Below are positions 27,050 to 37,096 of a stretch of 64,000 bases of DNA, piece by piece; the stretch's first letter is position 1; each line of letters begins with the position of its first letter. The stretch is taken from NCBI GenBank assembly GCA_965199495.1, contig CBDASK010000003.1:928001-992000 (forward strand), in the 5' to 3' direction. The DNA comes from Abditibacterium sp. (GTDB taxonomy: Bacteria > Armatimonadota > Abditibacteriia > Abditibacteriales > Abditibacteriaceae). The notes under the pieces were generated by a model. That model saw only the letters and a list, made by a program, of their open reading frames with translations, was not told the origin of the DNA and made no database searches. A program made the position numbers and the translations under genes.

Positions 27050-28768
27050 TTACGCCACGGCATCCGCCGTGGCTGCTTTGTCGTCGGCGACTTCTGCGAC
27101 CGATTGAGTCACGCGATTGCGACCGCGATCTTTGGACATATAGAGCGCTTTGTCGGCGGCTTCAAGAAGTGATTCGCCGTTGGACATACCGACTTCGAGC
27201 GAGGCCACGCCAAAACTGGCAGTGACGGGGCGCTCTGGCCATCGGGTTTTTTCGACGCTTTCGCGTAGACGCTCCGCCAAAATATAGGCGCCTTCGGCAT
27301 CGGTGTTGGGCAGAATTAGCGCGAACTCTTCGCCGCCGTAGCGCGCGAAAAAGTCGGTGGTGCGGATGAGGCTCATCACCGTCTGCGCCAGAGTTTTGAG
27401 CACTTCATCGCCCGCCTGATGACCAAAGTTATCGTTGTAACTTTTGAATTGGTCTACATCGAACATCACGAGGGCAAGCGGTGTGGCGTAACGCTGCGCG
27501 CGCGACCATTCTTCGGCCAGTTTCTCGTTGAAGGCGCGCCGGTTTTTGGCTCCGGTCAAACCGTCGTGAGTGGCCAGCGATTCGAGTTTGCCGTTGGCCA
27601 GCAGCAGTTCTCGTTGCTGCTCGGTCAAAGCGGCGCGCGCGTTTTCGCGCTCGATTTCGCCACCGACCCACTCGGCCATCAGATGCAACAATTCGACATC
27701 GCGCGAGCTAAACGGCTCCGCGCGCGCCTCCAGACCGGCAAACGAAAGCACGCCGAACACGCGGCCCTCGACGTTGACTGGCGCGCCGATATAAGCGATA
27801 TTGTCGTTATGTTCTATGTGCAAGTTGTCGGAGGGCACGCCCGCAGGAGGCAGGTCGGCCAGCCCCAACAATTGTGCTTCGAGCGAGAGCGATCCTTCGG
27901 CGAGTTGCGAGCGCAGAAGCGTCATCGCGGGCCGAATGCGGCGGTCGGGCGACTGCACGAAGAGCGTTTCCAAACGGTCGCCCGCCGCGTCGTCGCACAG
28001 GCGCCCCAAAACGCCAATCGGTAAATTCAAACGCCCGCAACCCATCGCGAGTAACGCCCTCATTTTGGCATCGAGCGTGCGCGCGCGGTCGCCGCCGATC
28101 ACGCCATACAACGCATGCACCGTCTCTTGCGCATTATCCAAATCGCTATTGGCGGTGACCTGTTCGGTGATGTCGTGCAATCCCACGATAACCGACGAAG
28201 GTTTGCGCGCCTCGCCCTGCCGCTTGACCCAGACGCGCGCCTGTTTCAGTTCGCCATCGGCGCGAAACAGGCGCGCGGGCGCGCCAAATTCGGCGCGGTC
28301 GCCATCGAACACGCTCTGCATCCCGACGCGCAAAGCCGTCAAATCGTCGGGATGAAAATGCGACAAACGCTGACCGACCAAATTGGATTCGCCCAAAAAC
28401 TCAAAAAATGGCGCGTTGGCGCGCGTGATTTTTTCGCGACTGTCAACGATGGCGAGCGGAAACGGCACCTCGTCGAACATCTGCCCCGGCCCAATTTCGA
28501 CGGGCGCGGCGGGCGTTTTTTTGAGTGACCAGCCCAAGCCCGCGCCCAGCAGTAACCCGCCAGCCACGGCGCCCAACAAGAGGGGAAGCGGCGAAGGCGT
28601 GGGAGCAACAACCAGCTTTGTTGCCTTCGACTTTGCCGGTTTTTTCGCTCCCGTTTGAGCGTAAACTGCGGGCGAACTCACCATCCATCCCGCTCCGCAC
28701 AACGCGAGGCCAAGCGCAAGGCGCGGGCGAACGCGAAGCGGAAGATACGAACGAGAAATTTGCGACAT
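27050..28768 (-). CDS. Membrane-anchored PAS-GAF-GGDEF diguanylate cyclase
   Basis: D.LTG..NRR, DVDQFK.YND.FGH..GD, RYGGEEF, AD.ALY..K..GRN. Confidence 0.93.
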   Translation of the reverse strand: MSQISRSYLPLRVRPRLALGLALCGAGWMVSSPAVYAQTGAKKPAKSKATKLVVAPTPSPLPLLLGAVAGGLLLGAGLGWSLKKTPAAPVEIGPGQMFDEVPFPLAIVDSREKITRANAPFFEFLGESNLVGQRLSHFHPDDLTALRVGMQSVFDGDRAEFGAPARLFRADGELKQARVWVKRQGEARKPSSVIVGLHDITEQVTANSDLDNAQETVHALYGVIGGDRARTLDAKMRALLAMGCGRLNLPIGVLGRLCDDAAGDRLETLFVQSPDRRIRPAMTLLRSQLAEGSLSLEAQLLGLADLPPAGVPSDNLHIEHNDNIAYIGAPVNVEGRVFGVLSFAGLEARAEPFSSRDVELLHLMAEWVGGEIERENARAALTEQQRELLLANGKLESLATHDGLTGAKNRRAFNEKLAEEWSRAQRYATPLALVMFDVDQFKSYNDNFGHQAGDEVLKTLAQTVMSLIRTTDFFARYGGEEFALILPNTDAEGAYILAERLRESVEKTRWPERPVTASFGVASLEVGMSNGESLLEAADKALYMSKDRGRNRVTQSVAEVADDKAATADAVA

Positions 28769-28941
28769 AAGAAGTCTGCCCTATTCATAACAACCTTTTG
28801 GCCCGATGAGAACGCCAGAAATAAAGCCTTCTCGAACTTGTGGGTTTCTAACTGTTTCAGCGGCATCAGCTTTGCCTCACGATTTGGACGAAGCACGCGC
28901 CGAATAAAACGGAAATTTCCCATTCTGGCGTGCCCAAAATC

Positions 28942-29811
28942 ATGTCACAAAATCAAGAAGCCAAACCAGTCAATCCGCCCCAACATCAAGACGAGCAACC
29001 CGGAATCGAAGCCGAAATGAATCCGGCACCGATTTATCTGCCCGATAATTATAAAGCTGCGGGCAAACTCGAAGGCAAAGTCGCCATTGTCACCGGCGGC
29101 GATTCGGGCATCGGACGTAGCGTCGCCGTGCTATTCGCCAACGAGGGCGCCGACGTGGCTGTGCTTTATCTCGACGAACATCAAGACGCCGAAAAGACCA
29201 AAGCCGAAGTCGAAAAAGCCGGGCGCAAGTGTCTGCTCATTCCCGGCGATGTCGGCAGCGAAGCGCATTGCAAAGAATCGGTCGAACAAGTTATCGCCGA
29301 GTGGGGCCAACTCGATTGTCTGGTCAACAACGCCGCCGAACAGCACGTTCAAAAGTCCATCGAAGACATCACCGAAGAACAACTCACCGCGACCTTTCGC
29401 ACCAATATCTTCGGCTATTTTTTCATGGTCAAAGCGGCGCTTCCGCACCTAAAAAAAGGCGCGACAATTATCAACACGACTTCGGTCACGGCGTTCGCCG
29501 GAATGCCCGAACTGCTCGATTACTCTTCGACTAAAGGCGCGATTTTGGCGTTCACGCGCAGCCTGTCGCAGAGTTTGATCGAAAAAGGCATTCGCGTTAA
29601 TGGCGTAGCACCCGGCCCAATTTGGACGCCGTTCATTCCGTCTTCGATGCCCGCCGATAAGGTCTCCGAATTCGGCTCGCAAACGCCGATGGGCCGCCCC
29701 GGCCAACCGTTCGAGTGTGGCACTTGCTACGTCTTTCTGGCTTCAGATGATTCGTCGTATATCGCCGGGCAAACGCTGCATCCCAACGGCGGCGAAGTCG
29801 TCGCGGGTTAA
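28942..29811 (+). CDS. SDR oxidoreductase (general stress protein 39/YdaD type)
   Basis: TGGDSGIG, NNAAEQ, YSSTK, VAPGPIWTP. Confidence 0.93.
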   Translation: MSQNQEAKPVNPPQHQDEQPGIEAEMNPAPIYLPDNYKAAGKLEGKVAIVTGGDSGIGRSVAVLFANEGADVAVLYLDEHQDAEKTKAEVEKAGRKCLLIPGDVGSEAHCKESVEQVIAEWGQLDCLVNNAAEQHVQKSIEDITEEQLTATFRTNIFGYFFMVKAALPHLKKGATIINTTSVTAFAGMPELLDYSSTKGAILAFTRSLSQSLIEKGIRVNGVAPGPIWTPFIPSSMPADKVSEFGSQTPMGRPGQPFECGTCYVFLASDDSSYIAGQTLHPNGGEVVAG

Positions 29812-29921
29812 GAAGCTGTCCAAATTGGGCGCAAGCCCCGCCCTATTTGGATAACTTCTTAGTTACGGTTCGCACGACCAACGAAAAAGCGGAAGACCAA
29901 AATCTTCCGCTTTTTCGCGTT

Positions 29922-30965
29922 TCATCCCACAAATCGCGCGCGTTCATCCGCTGTGGCCTCAAAGACGCCGCGCAAAACCGCTTCCGATTCGGGGCGCAAC
30001 ACGGCGTTGCGACGGCCCAAAGTCGCTTTAACGGTTTTGATGCAATCGTTAAAGCGATGTTCCATCCAACCGCCCTGCCCGCCCCAACTAAAACTCGGCA
30101 CATATTTGGGCGCGATGCCGCCGCCAAAAACGTTGCAACCCGCGCCGATATTGGAGCCGGTATTTAAGCCCTGCATAATCCCAATTTTGGTGTGATCGCC
30201 GATCAAACTTCCCAAAAATTGCGAGTTGGTTTCGACGTTTCGTTTGGAATCCATCGGAAAACGAATCGTGCCGTAAGTGTTTTTTAAGTTGGAAGTCGTC
30301 GAGACCGCGCCGAAATTGACCCAGCGTCCGGCCCAACTGTGGCCGACGAAACCGTCGTGGCCTTTGTTGACGCGACTCTGAAAAATCGTCGCCGCGATTT
30401 CGCCGCCGACTTTGCAGTTGGGGCCAAGCGAAGTGCCGGGCCGCAAACGCGCGCCGTCAACGACACAACCGGCGCCCACGAAAACCGGCCCGGCGAGATG
30501 CGAAAATTTCACCGTCACGTTGTGCGCGATGATAATCGGCCCCTCGGTCGCATCCAACACGCAACCCGGCTGCACGCTCGAACCGCGTCCAATGAAAACG
30601 TCGCTTTCGTCGCCGACGATGTGCGCGCCGTTCATTAGAGCCACGTCGCGGCTGTTCTCGTGGCGTTTTTCCCAATCGCGGAAATCAGCAGCGATGTGCG
30701 CGCCCGAATGCGCTAAAATTTCCCACGGCGTTGGGGCGGGCAAACCGGGGAACGGTTCGCCTTCAATGTCTTCGTTGACGCGAAGACCGGTTTTGGCGCG
30801 CAAATAATCCGCCAATTCGGGCCGCGCGCGTAGCACGATGTCATCGGTGATTTGCAAAGCGCGGTCGAGCGGACACAAAGCGCCATAACGCAGTTCAAAC
30901 GTGGCGCGCGTTTGGGTTAATGGCCCAAAATTTTCGGGGTTTTCTTCGGCGACAACGAGGGGCAT
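29922..30965 (-). CDS. GlmU-like putative sugar nucleotidyl/acyltransferase with hexapeptide repeats
   Basis: PLTQTRATFELRYG, KGHDGFVGHS, N.GA.STTSNLKNTY, K.VPSFSWG. Confidence 0.8.
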   Translation of the reverse strand: MPLVVAEENPENFGPLTQTRATFELRYGALCPLDRALQITDDIVLRARPELADYLRAKTGLRVNEDIEGEPFPGLPAPTPWEILAHSGAHIAADFRDWEKRHENSRDVALMNGAHIVGDESDVFIGRGSSVQPGCVLDATEGPIIIAHNVTVKFSHLAGPVFVGAGCVVDGARLRPGTSLGPNCKVGGEIAATIFQSRVNKGHDGFVGHSWAGRWVNFGAVSTTSNLKNTYGTIRFPMDSKRNVETNSQFLGSLIGDHTKIGIMQGLNTGSNIGAGCNVFGGGIAPKYVPSFSWGGQGGWMEHRFNDCIKTVKATLGRRNAVLRPESEAVLRGVFEATADERARFVG

Positions 30966-30970
30966 TTTAA

Positions 30971-31225
30971 AGGAGACGGGAAACAGGAGACGGGAAACAG
31001 GAAATTAGCGATACAGTAGACGTTTGCCAGCGAATGAATTCGCGGCTGAGAGGCGTTCCGCCGAGCGTCCCCCTGCGGGGACGCAATGGCATTGTGTCCG
31101 CGTAGGCGGACTTCCGGCTTTAGCCTCTCAGCCGCGAATTCATTCGCTGGCACGGATGCAAGAGGTCTAATTCTATTGCAGCTTCCGATGACCTTCGCCT
31201 GTTTCCCTCGTCTCCTGTCTCCCGA
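30971..31225. repeat. Inverted heptamer arrays enclosing a second palindromic element (31025-31152)
   Basis: ggagacg/ggaaaca units on the left, inverted units at 31198-31225; inner element has 30-bp perfect arms tgccagcgaatgaattcgcggctgagaggc. Confidence 0.85.
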
Positions 31226-31229
31226 AAAA

Positions 31230-32036
31230 CTAACGGATGATGCGCGGGCCGCCTTTGGGCGCCAGCGTCGCGCCCGAAATGCGGGTGTAATTCGACTTTA
31301 AATCGTTCAAAACGCGCTCCAACTCGGCGGCAGTGCGCGCGTCAACGCGAGATTTAATCGTGTCATAAAGCGCCTCGAACGCTTCGATGGCAAGGCGCGC
31401 TTCGGCATCGTTGCGCGCGACCAAACCGGTGTAGGGATTGGCGACCAAACCCAGATGCACGGCGGCGTAACGCGGCAATTCGGTGATAGTTTTGAGCAAA
31501 ACCGGCGCGACTTCGAGTTTGGTCATGGACTGCGCCTCGCGCTCCATCATCTGACGCACCTGATCTTTCTCGGCGTCGGTGAGGGGGCGACCGATTTCCT
31601 GTTCGAGCGCCGCGAACTGCTCGGCTTCGAGTTGCGAACGCATCTGCTCGACTTCCTCATCGGTCATCGGCGTTTCGTCGTCCGCATCCTGCTCGTCCAT
31701 ATTGGCGGGCACGGTTTCGGTCGCGTCGGCGGCGTCAACGCTCGCAGACGGCGCGCTTACGGCTTGACCGGGTTGCTCATCGAGCGACGACGAACCGATG
31801 GCGCTCTGGCCGGATTGGGAACCGGAATTGGGATTGCCGCCGCCAATAATTTCGAGTTTGGGGCGATCTTGCGATGAAGATTGATTCTGGCCCGGCACTT
31901 GAATGAGCGGCTTGGCATCCGACGTGGCTGGTATGTCGGTCGAGGTGCCTTTACGGTCTTCTTCGGTCAAAACGCGGCGGTCTACAATTTGGAAACGCGG
32001 CTTTTGGTCATCGCGTTCTTCGTTATCTTTGGACAT
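31230..32036 (-). CDS. DUF1844-like hypothetical protein
   Basis: N-term F.IVDRR; C-term A..HLGL..NP.TG......EARLAI. Confidence 0.75.
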   Translation of the reverse strand: MSKDNEERDDQKPRFQIVDRRVLTEEDRKGTSTDIPATSDAKPLIQVPGQNQSSSQDRPKLEIIGGGNPNSGSQSGQSAIGSSSLDEQPGQAVSAPSASVDAADATETVPANMDEQDADDETPMTDEEVEQMRSQLEAEQFAALEQEIGRPLTDAEKDQVRQMMEREAQSMTKLEVAPVLLKTITELPRYAAVHLGLVANPYTGLVARNDAEARLAIEAFEALYDTIKSRVDARTAAELERVLNDLKSNYTRISGATLAPKGGPRIIR

Positions 32037-32124
32037 AATTTTTTCCTTTTGGGTTGGCTTGCGCGCGTCAGTCTAACAATTTGGATTTCTCAGAACAGCT
32101 TAACGTTCACCCAAGCGCGCGCCC

Positions 32125-32268
32125 GTCATTTCGAGTGAGGCACGAACTGAGAAATCTTGCGCCCGCGCGGCAGCGCAGATTGAAGCTATTCTTACGTTCA
32201 GGCTCTCGCATCATTTCCGCTGGCGCGGGGCCAACAGATTTCTCGGTTCGTGCCTCACTCGAAATGAC
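32125..32268. repeat. Palindromic element, GTCAT...ATGAC family
   Basis: gtcatttcgagtgaggcacgaac...gagaaatct / agatttctc...gttcgtgcctcactcgaaatgac. Confidence 0.9.
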
Positions 32269-32320
32269 AGGCGAAGCTGGTGGACAACTTTCACCTTTTC
32301 TTTGGACCTGCGCGCCAAAT

Positions 32321-32917
32321 TCAATTCGTCGCTTCCAAAACGCGCGCAACTTCGTTCAACTGACGAGCGAACTCGTCATCGCCAATCGCGGGCCGAACCC
32401 GCGCGCCAATCGGTTCGCTCAGTTCGACCCACGAACGGCAGCCCAAATCCCCCGCGCGCAGTTCATAACGAATCGGCTCATCGGCAACATAAACGCGCAA
32501 CGCGGCACACAACAGCGTTTTGTCGGGCTGATAACCAAAGCGCAAATCCAAATAATGCACGCTCCAGATGTGCGGCACTGCTTTGAGCGCCTCTTCCGCG
32601 CTTTCGTCCAATTTCCACACGCGCTCAACGCGCGCGAAATGGCGCAGATACGCGGTTTTCGCGGTTTCGTCGGTTTCGCGCGGCGTCAAATCCCACAAAT
32701 CGCGGTCGGCTTCTTTGACCAAAGCGCGCTCTTGATGCAGCCACGTCGGCAGCAACCAAAAATTGGAATGTTCGAGCGCGAAGTGTCCGTCTTCGTCCAA
32801 CAAACCGCCTTTGCGCAATAATACGATTTGACGGTTACGCGCCAAGGCTTCTCCGGTGATCGCCCATTCTTTGAGTGCGTGCGAAGTTGCGATAGTGAAA
32901 AGTTGAGTTTCCGGCAT
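32321..32917 (-). CDS. DUF1802 family protein
   Basis: ALKEWA...AL, Q.VLLRKGG, F.L.PT..HQ, HIW, GCRSWV.L. Confidence 0.85.
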   Translation of the reverse strand: MPETQLFTIATSHALKEWAITGEALARNRQIVLLRKGGLLDEDGHFALEHSNFWLLPTWLHQERALVKEADRDLWDLTPRETDETAKTAYLRHFARVERVWKLDESAEEALKAVPHIWSVHYLDLRFGYQPDKTLLCAALRVYVADEPIRYELRAGDLGCRSWVELSEPIGARVRPAIGDDEFARQLNEVARVLEATN

Positions 32918-32942
32918 CAGTTATGCCCATTCAGTGCGACTT

Positions 32943-33446
32943 ATGTTCCCTCTCCAAAATGGCGATGCCGCCCCCGATTTCACCCTGCCCGACACCAATG
33001 GCGACAGTTGGAAATTGTCCGACCAGCGCGGCAAAATGACGATTTTGTATTTCGGTCGCGGCGAATATTGCCCGACGACGCGCGGCGAATTCGCCAACTT
33101 CAACAGTTATTCGCGCCTGTTTCCCAAAATGAATTGCCAGTTCGCTTTCGTCGTCAACGGCGGCGCGCAGGAACACGCGAAGTGCGCGCGCGAACTACGC
33201 ATGAGTTTGCCGATTCTCATTGATAGCGACGGCGCCGTCGGCGAGCAATACGGCATTTACGGCGTCAACCACAACGATATGAAGCGCGACGACTACAAAA
33301 ATTACATCGCGCCCGGCGTTTATCTCATTGATGGCGACGGCGAAGTCAACGCGTTTTGGCTTTCCAGCGCGCCGCGCGGTTTGCCTTCGCCCGAATGTTT
33401 GCTGGGCATTTTGGGTTACGCGCAGCACAACGACGGCAAATATTAA
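32943..33446 (+). CDS. AhpC/TSA (peroxiredoxin-like) redoxin
   Basis: GD.APDFTLPD, LSD.RGK, YCP, P.L.D.DG.V...YG. Confidence 0.85.
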   Translation: MFPLQNGDAAPDFTLPDTNGDSWKLSDQRGKMTILYFGRGEYCPTTRGEFANFNSYSRLFPKMNCQFAFVVNGGAQEHAKCARELRMSLPILIDSDGAVGEQYGIYGVNHNDMKRDDYKNYIAPGVYLIDGDGEVNAFWLSSAPRGLPSPECLLGILGYAQHNDGKY

Positions 33447-33477
33447 ATCGGCGAAATCGGCGCTTTCCGAAAGTTTT

Positions 33478-34659
33478 ATGATTTCGGAAAACGCGCGCCA
33501 GCCCTTCAAATTTATGCGCACCGTCACATTTCGGGGCCACGCTTTGCCCGATCCGCTCCATTTCCAAAACGGGAGACCCGTCGAATCGGGCGCCGATTGG
33601 GAGCGGCGGCGCGCAGAAATATTGGAATTGTTTCGCGTTCACGTTTACGGTCGCGCGCCCATCGAACGCCCGGACGATCTCTCGTTTCGCGTTCTTGAAA
33701 CGCAAAACGACGCTTCAGGCCAAGCAGCCACCGGCAAGCGCATCGAGATTCGCTTTGGCGGTTTTGCGTTCGAGTTGAAACTGTTCGTTCCCGACGCGGC
33801 GACGCGACCGGCGCCCTGTTTTCTGTTCGCCAACAATCGTCAGGCGCTGGGCGCCGATGCCGTCGAATCCAATTTTTGGCCCGTCACTTACATCTTGAAG
33901 CGCGGCTACGCGACGGCGATTTTCGATATGACGCGACTCGATCCCGATTTCGATGACGGTTTCGCCAACGGAGTTCATGGTCTTTACGATGGCGAGCAGC
34001 GCGCGGGCGACGCGTGGGGCACCATCGCAGCGTGGGCTTGGGGCGCCAGTCGGGCGATGGATTATTTGCAAACCGACGCAACCGTGGATGCGAGCAAAAT
34101 CGCTCTGGTCGGCCATTCGCGCGGCGGCAAAACCGCGTTGTGGACGGGCGCGCAAGACGAACGATTCGCCTTGGTCGTCTCCAACAATTCGGGCTGTTCG
34201 GGCGCGGCAATTTCGCGTGGCAAAACAGGCGAAACCATCGCCGATATCAATCGCAATTTTCCGCATTGGTTTTGCGAAAACTACAAAAATTTCAACGACC
34301 GCGAAAGCGAACTGCCAATTGACCAACATCAATTATTGGCTCTAATTGCGCCGCGCTTGCTCTATGTCGCCAGCGCGGACGACGACGCATGGGCCGATCC
34401 GCAGGCTGAATTCGAGGCGACGGTTATGGCTTCGCCGGTTTACCGGTTGCTGGGCAAAACGGGCGTGCCCAGTTCGATGGCGCCCGCAACCAACGTCGCG
34501 ATGTCGAGCGGACACATCGGCTATCATCGGCGGTGCGGCCAGCACGATTTGACGCGTTTCGATTGGGCGCGCTTCCTCGACTTCGCCGATTTTCACGGTT
34601 GGAACGCCCGCGAATTGCCCGCCGAACCGATTTCAACTGAAATTCCCGATTCAAACTAA
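33478..34659 (+). CDS. CE15-like carbohydrate esterase (glucuronoyl/acetylxylan esterase-like); start 33478 or 33514
   Basis: LPDPL, W..RR.EI, AWAWGASR.MDYL, GHSRGGK, DQH.L.ALIAPR, D.WADP. Confidence 0.88.
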   Translation: MISENARQPFKFMRTVTFRGHALPDPLHFQNGRPVESGADWERRRAEILELFRVHVYGRAPIERPDDLSFRVLETQNDASGQAATGKRIEIRFGGFAFELKLFVPDAATRPAPCFLFANNRQALGADAVESNFWPVTYILKRGYATAIFDMTRLDPDFDDGFANGVHGLYDGEQRAGDAWGTIAAWAWGASRAMDYLQTDATVDASKIALVGHSRGGKTALWTGAQDERFALVVSNNSGCSGAAISRGKTGETIADINRNFPHWFCENYKNFNDRESELPIDQHQLLALIAPRLLYVASADDDAWADPQAEFEATVMASPVYRLLGKTGVPSSMAPATNVAMSSGHIGYHRRCGQHDLTRFDWARFLDFADFHGWNARELPAEPISTEIPDSN

Positions 34660-34700
34660 AGCAACGCTAGCGAGCGCTGGCGTTGAAATTCTGCTAATTT

Positions 34701-35687
34701 TCAATCTTCGTAGCCATCGGGATGCGATTGGTGCCATTTCCACGCGGTTTCGACAATCGGTTCGATGGACGAATATTGCACCTGCCAACCCAATTCGGAC
34801 TTAGCTTTGGTCGCATCAGCATACAAAGCGGGCGGGTCACCGGCCCGCCGTGGCTGCTCGACGATGGGCACGGTTTTGCCCGTCACGCGTTCAACTGCCG
34901 CGATGACTTCGCGCACGCTGGTCGGCGTGCCCGTGCCCAGATTGTAAAAGAGTTGCGCGCCCGGCTCATTTAACTTATCGAAAACCGCGATGTGCGCGCG
35001 GCTCAAATCGTCAACGTGAACGTAATCGCGCAGACACGTTCCGTCGGGCGTCGGGTAATCGGTGCCGAAAATCTGGATGTTCTCGCGGCGGCCCGTCGCC
35101 GCGTCGAAAACGAGCGGAATCAGATGCGTTTCGGGATCGTGCGCCTCGCCAATTGCGCCATCGGGCGCGGCGCCCGCCGCGTTGAAATAACGAAACGCCG
35201 CGAAGCTCAAACCGCTGGCGCGCGCCACGTTTTTCAGCGCGTTCTCCACGTCCAATTTCGTCTGGCCATACGGGTTAATCGGATGCTGCGGCGTGTCCTC
35301 GGTAATCGGCACTTGGGCGTCGCCATAGGTCGCGCAGGTCGAGGAAAAGACGAATTTTTTAACGTCGTTATCGAGCATCGCCTGCAACAAATGGAGCGTC
35401 GCCGCGACGTTGTTGAAATAATATTTGAGCGGATCGGTCACGCTTTCGCCAACGTAAGCGTAGGCGGCGAAGTGCATGACCAGATCGATTTTTTCGTCGC
35501 GCAAAACTTGGCCCACGAGTTTTTCATCGCCCAGATTCACGTCGTAAAACGGGATTTCGGGCGCGACGGCTTTGCGATGGCCGTAGACCAGATTATCGAG
35601 GACGACCGGACGATGCCCGGATTGTTGCAACAGACGCACGCAGTGCGAGCCGATATAGCCCGCGCCGCCGACAACTAAAATATTCAT
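34701..35687 (-). CDS. galE: UDP-glucose 4-epimerase
   Basis: GGAGYIGSH, FSSTCATYG, NPYG.TK, RYFNAAGA, DGT..RDYVHV. Confidence 0.95.
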   Translation of the reverse strand: MNILVVGGAGYIGSHCVRLLQQSGHRPVVLDNLVYGHRKAVAPEIPFYDVNLGDEKLVGQVLRDEKIDLVMHFAAYAYVGESVTDPLKYYFNNVAATLHLLQAMLDNDVKKFVFSSTCATYGDAQVPITEDTPQHPINPYGQTKLDVENALKNVARASGLSFAAFRYFNAAGAAPDGAIGEAHDPETHLIPLVFDAATGRRENIQIFGTDYPTPDGTCLRDYVHVDDLSRAHIAVFDKLNEPGAQLFYNLGTGTPTSVREVIAAVERVTGKTVPIVEQPRRAGDPPALYADATKAKSELGWQVQYSSIEPIVETAWKWHQSHPDGYED

Positions 35688-35748
35688 GATGGAAATTTGA
35701 CGCAGCGCAGTATGCCGCAAAAGGTAAAATCCGTGAATTACTGCGCGC

Positions 35749-36291
35749 GTGAAACTTTATCTCAAACTGGCATTAATCGCCTCGCTCTTTGCAGCCACGC
35801 CGTCCGCGTCCTCTTTTATCAAACCCGCGCAGGCCGCCGAAAACGCGACGCAACGCGCGGGCCGCGCGGCGATTGCGGCGCAGTATCGTATCAGCGATGC
35901 GGCTATTCTTCGCAAAGATGTGCCGACGCTAATCGGCCAGATGACACCCGATTACAAGAGCTACGAAAGAGACGGCACCGTCGCGGATCGAGCGCAAAAC
36001 GAAGCGGCGTTGCGCCTGATGCTCAGCGGGAATTACATGGGAATTAAGTTTCAATTCACCAAAGCGCAGAGCAAAATTTTGTCGCTGACGTGGCGCGGCC
36101 CCGACGCCATCGTGATGGCGCAAAGCACTTTGGTCGGCACCGGACAGCGCGGCAACAAATCGGTGCGCGTCGAAGTCGTCGGCCTTTCGCGCGAATATTG
36201 GGGCAAAACCGCGCGCGGATGGCAGGTGCGCCAATCGGTCAATATGGAAATGAAACGCTGGATTAACGGCGTGCGCGACCCTTCGATGTAA
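35749..36291 (+). CDS. Secreted NTF2-like (DUF4440-like) protein
   Basis: Signal peptide; MTPDY, C-term W.K...GW pattern. Confidence 0.65.
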   Translation: MKLYLKLALIASLFAATPSASSFIKPAQAAENATQRAGRAAIAAQYRISDAAILRKDVPTLIGQMTPDYKSYERDGTVADRAQNEAALRLMLSGNYMGIKFQFTKAQSKILSLTWRGPDAIVMAQSTLVGTGQRGNKSVRVEVVGLSREYWGKTARGWQVRQSVNMEMKRWINGVRDPSM

Positions 36292-36337
36292 AATGTGCGC
36301 GTTTTATTTTATTGGATGAACTATGGGGGGTTACGCG

Positions 36338-36498
36338 CGCGATCCCCGCGCTGTCATTCTGAGCGAAGAGAGGCACGAACGAAGTCGAAGAATCCATGAC
36401 GTAATGGCCTCGACGAACGTCAAATTTAATCGCAGCCGGTGGCTTCTTCGACTTCGTTCGTGCCTCTCTTCGCTCAGAATGACAGCGCGGGGATCGCG
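36338..36498. repeat. Palindromic element, GTCAT...ATGAC family
   Basis: cgcgatccccgcgctgtcattctgagcgaagagaggcacgaacgaagtcgaagaa mirrored on the right. Confidence 0.92.
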
Positions 36499-36546
36499 AG
36501 TTATCGGATAAATAATATAAACATCCAAAACCGCACACTAACGCGT

Positions 36547-36975
36547 TTACTTTGCCGCCAGAGTTACTATCGAGTTGGTCGGTTTAGTGCCCAAAATTTC
36601 GGCGTCGTTGACCAGCGAATCCACTTTGATGGGAACCGAAGCGGTGCCGATTTTGGCATCGGAAAAGTCGAAGACGGCGCGCACATAACGCGAACTGAGC
36701 GGCAACGCATCGGTTGGCGAAGCGAGTGGATTGAGCGACATTCCACCTTTCAAATCGCGCAAAACCACGCGCGGCGCCCGAATCGTCACGCGCACTTCGC
36801 GCGGCACTCCGGCGGGGTTGGCGATACGCATCGAAGGCGGCGGCGTGGCTTGGAGCGGCACCACGAAAGTCGCGGTTTCGAGCGGATTGATTTCGCCGCG
36901 CACATGCCCCCACAACGCGATGGCGATGACGAGCGCCACCACTTTCAAATTCCAGTTGTTGACAAGGCGAGACAC
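36547..36975 (-). CDS. cdaR: CdaR/YbbR-like single-domain membrane protein
   Basis: NNW.LK..ALVIAIALW..V TM start; P.EV.VTIR.P YbbR-like domain. Confidence 0.75.
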   Translation of the reverse strand: MSRLVNNWNLKVVALVIAIALWGHVRGEINPLETATFVVPLQATPPPSMRIANPAGVPREVRVTIRAPRVVLRDLKGGMSLNPLASPTDALPLSSRYVRAVFDFSDAKIGTASVPIKVDSLVNDAEILGTKPTNSIVTLAAK

Positions 36976-36976
36976 G

Positions 36977-37014
36977 GGGAAAGGATAAAGGATTAAGGCT
37001 AAAGGATAAAGGGA
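36977..37014. repeat. Heptamer tandem repeat (AAGGATA-like)
   Basis: aaggata aaggatt aaggcta aaggata aagggaa. Confidence 0.8.
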
Positions 37015-37096
37015 AATCTTTGAAATGGACGCCGAAGCGGAACTATTTTTGCAAAGCCCATTCGCCTGACAGCTTCGCTGTTGTTAAAGCGAAATC

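Noticed and set aside
36263..36538. Short ORFs over palindromic elements (also 5178-5483, 9892-10464, 30917-31153, 32054-32349)
   Set aside because: They arise from repeat arms or antisense frames; identical peptide stretches on both strands reflect DNA symmetry.
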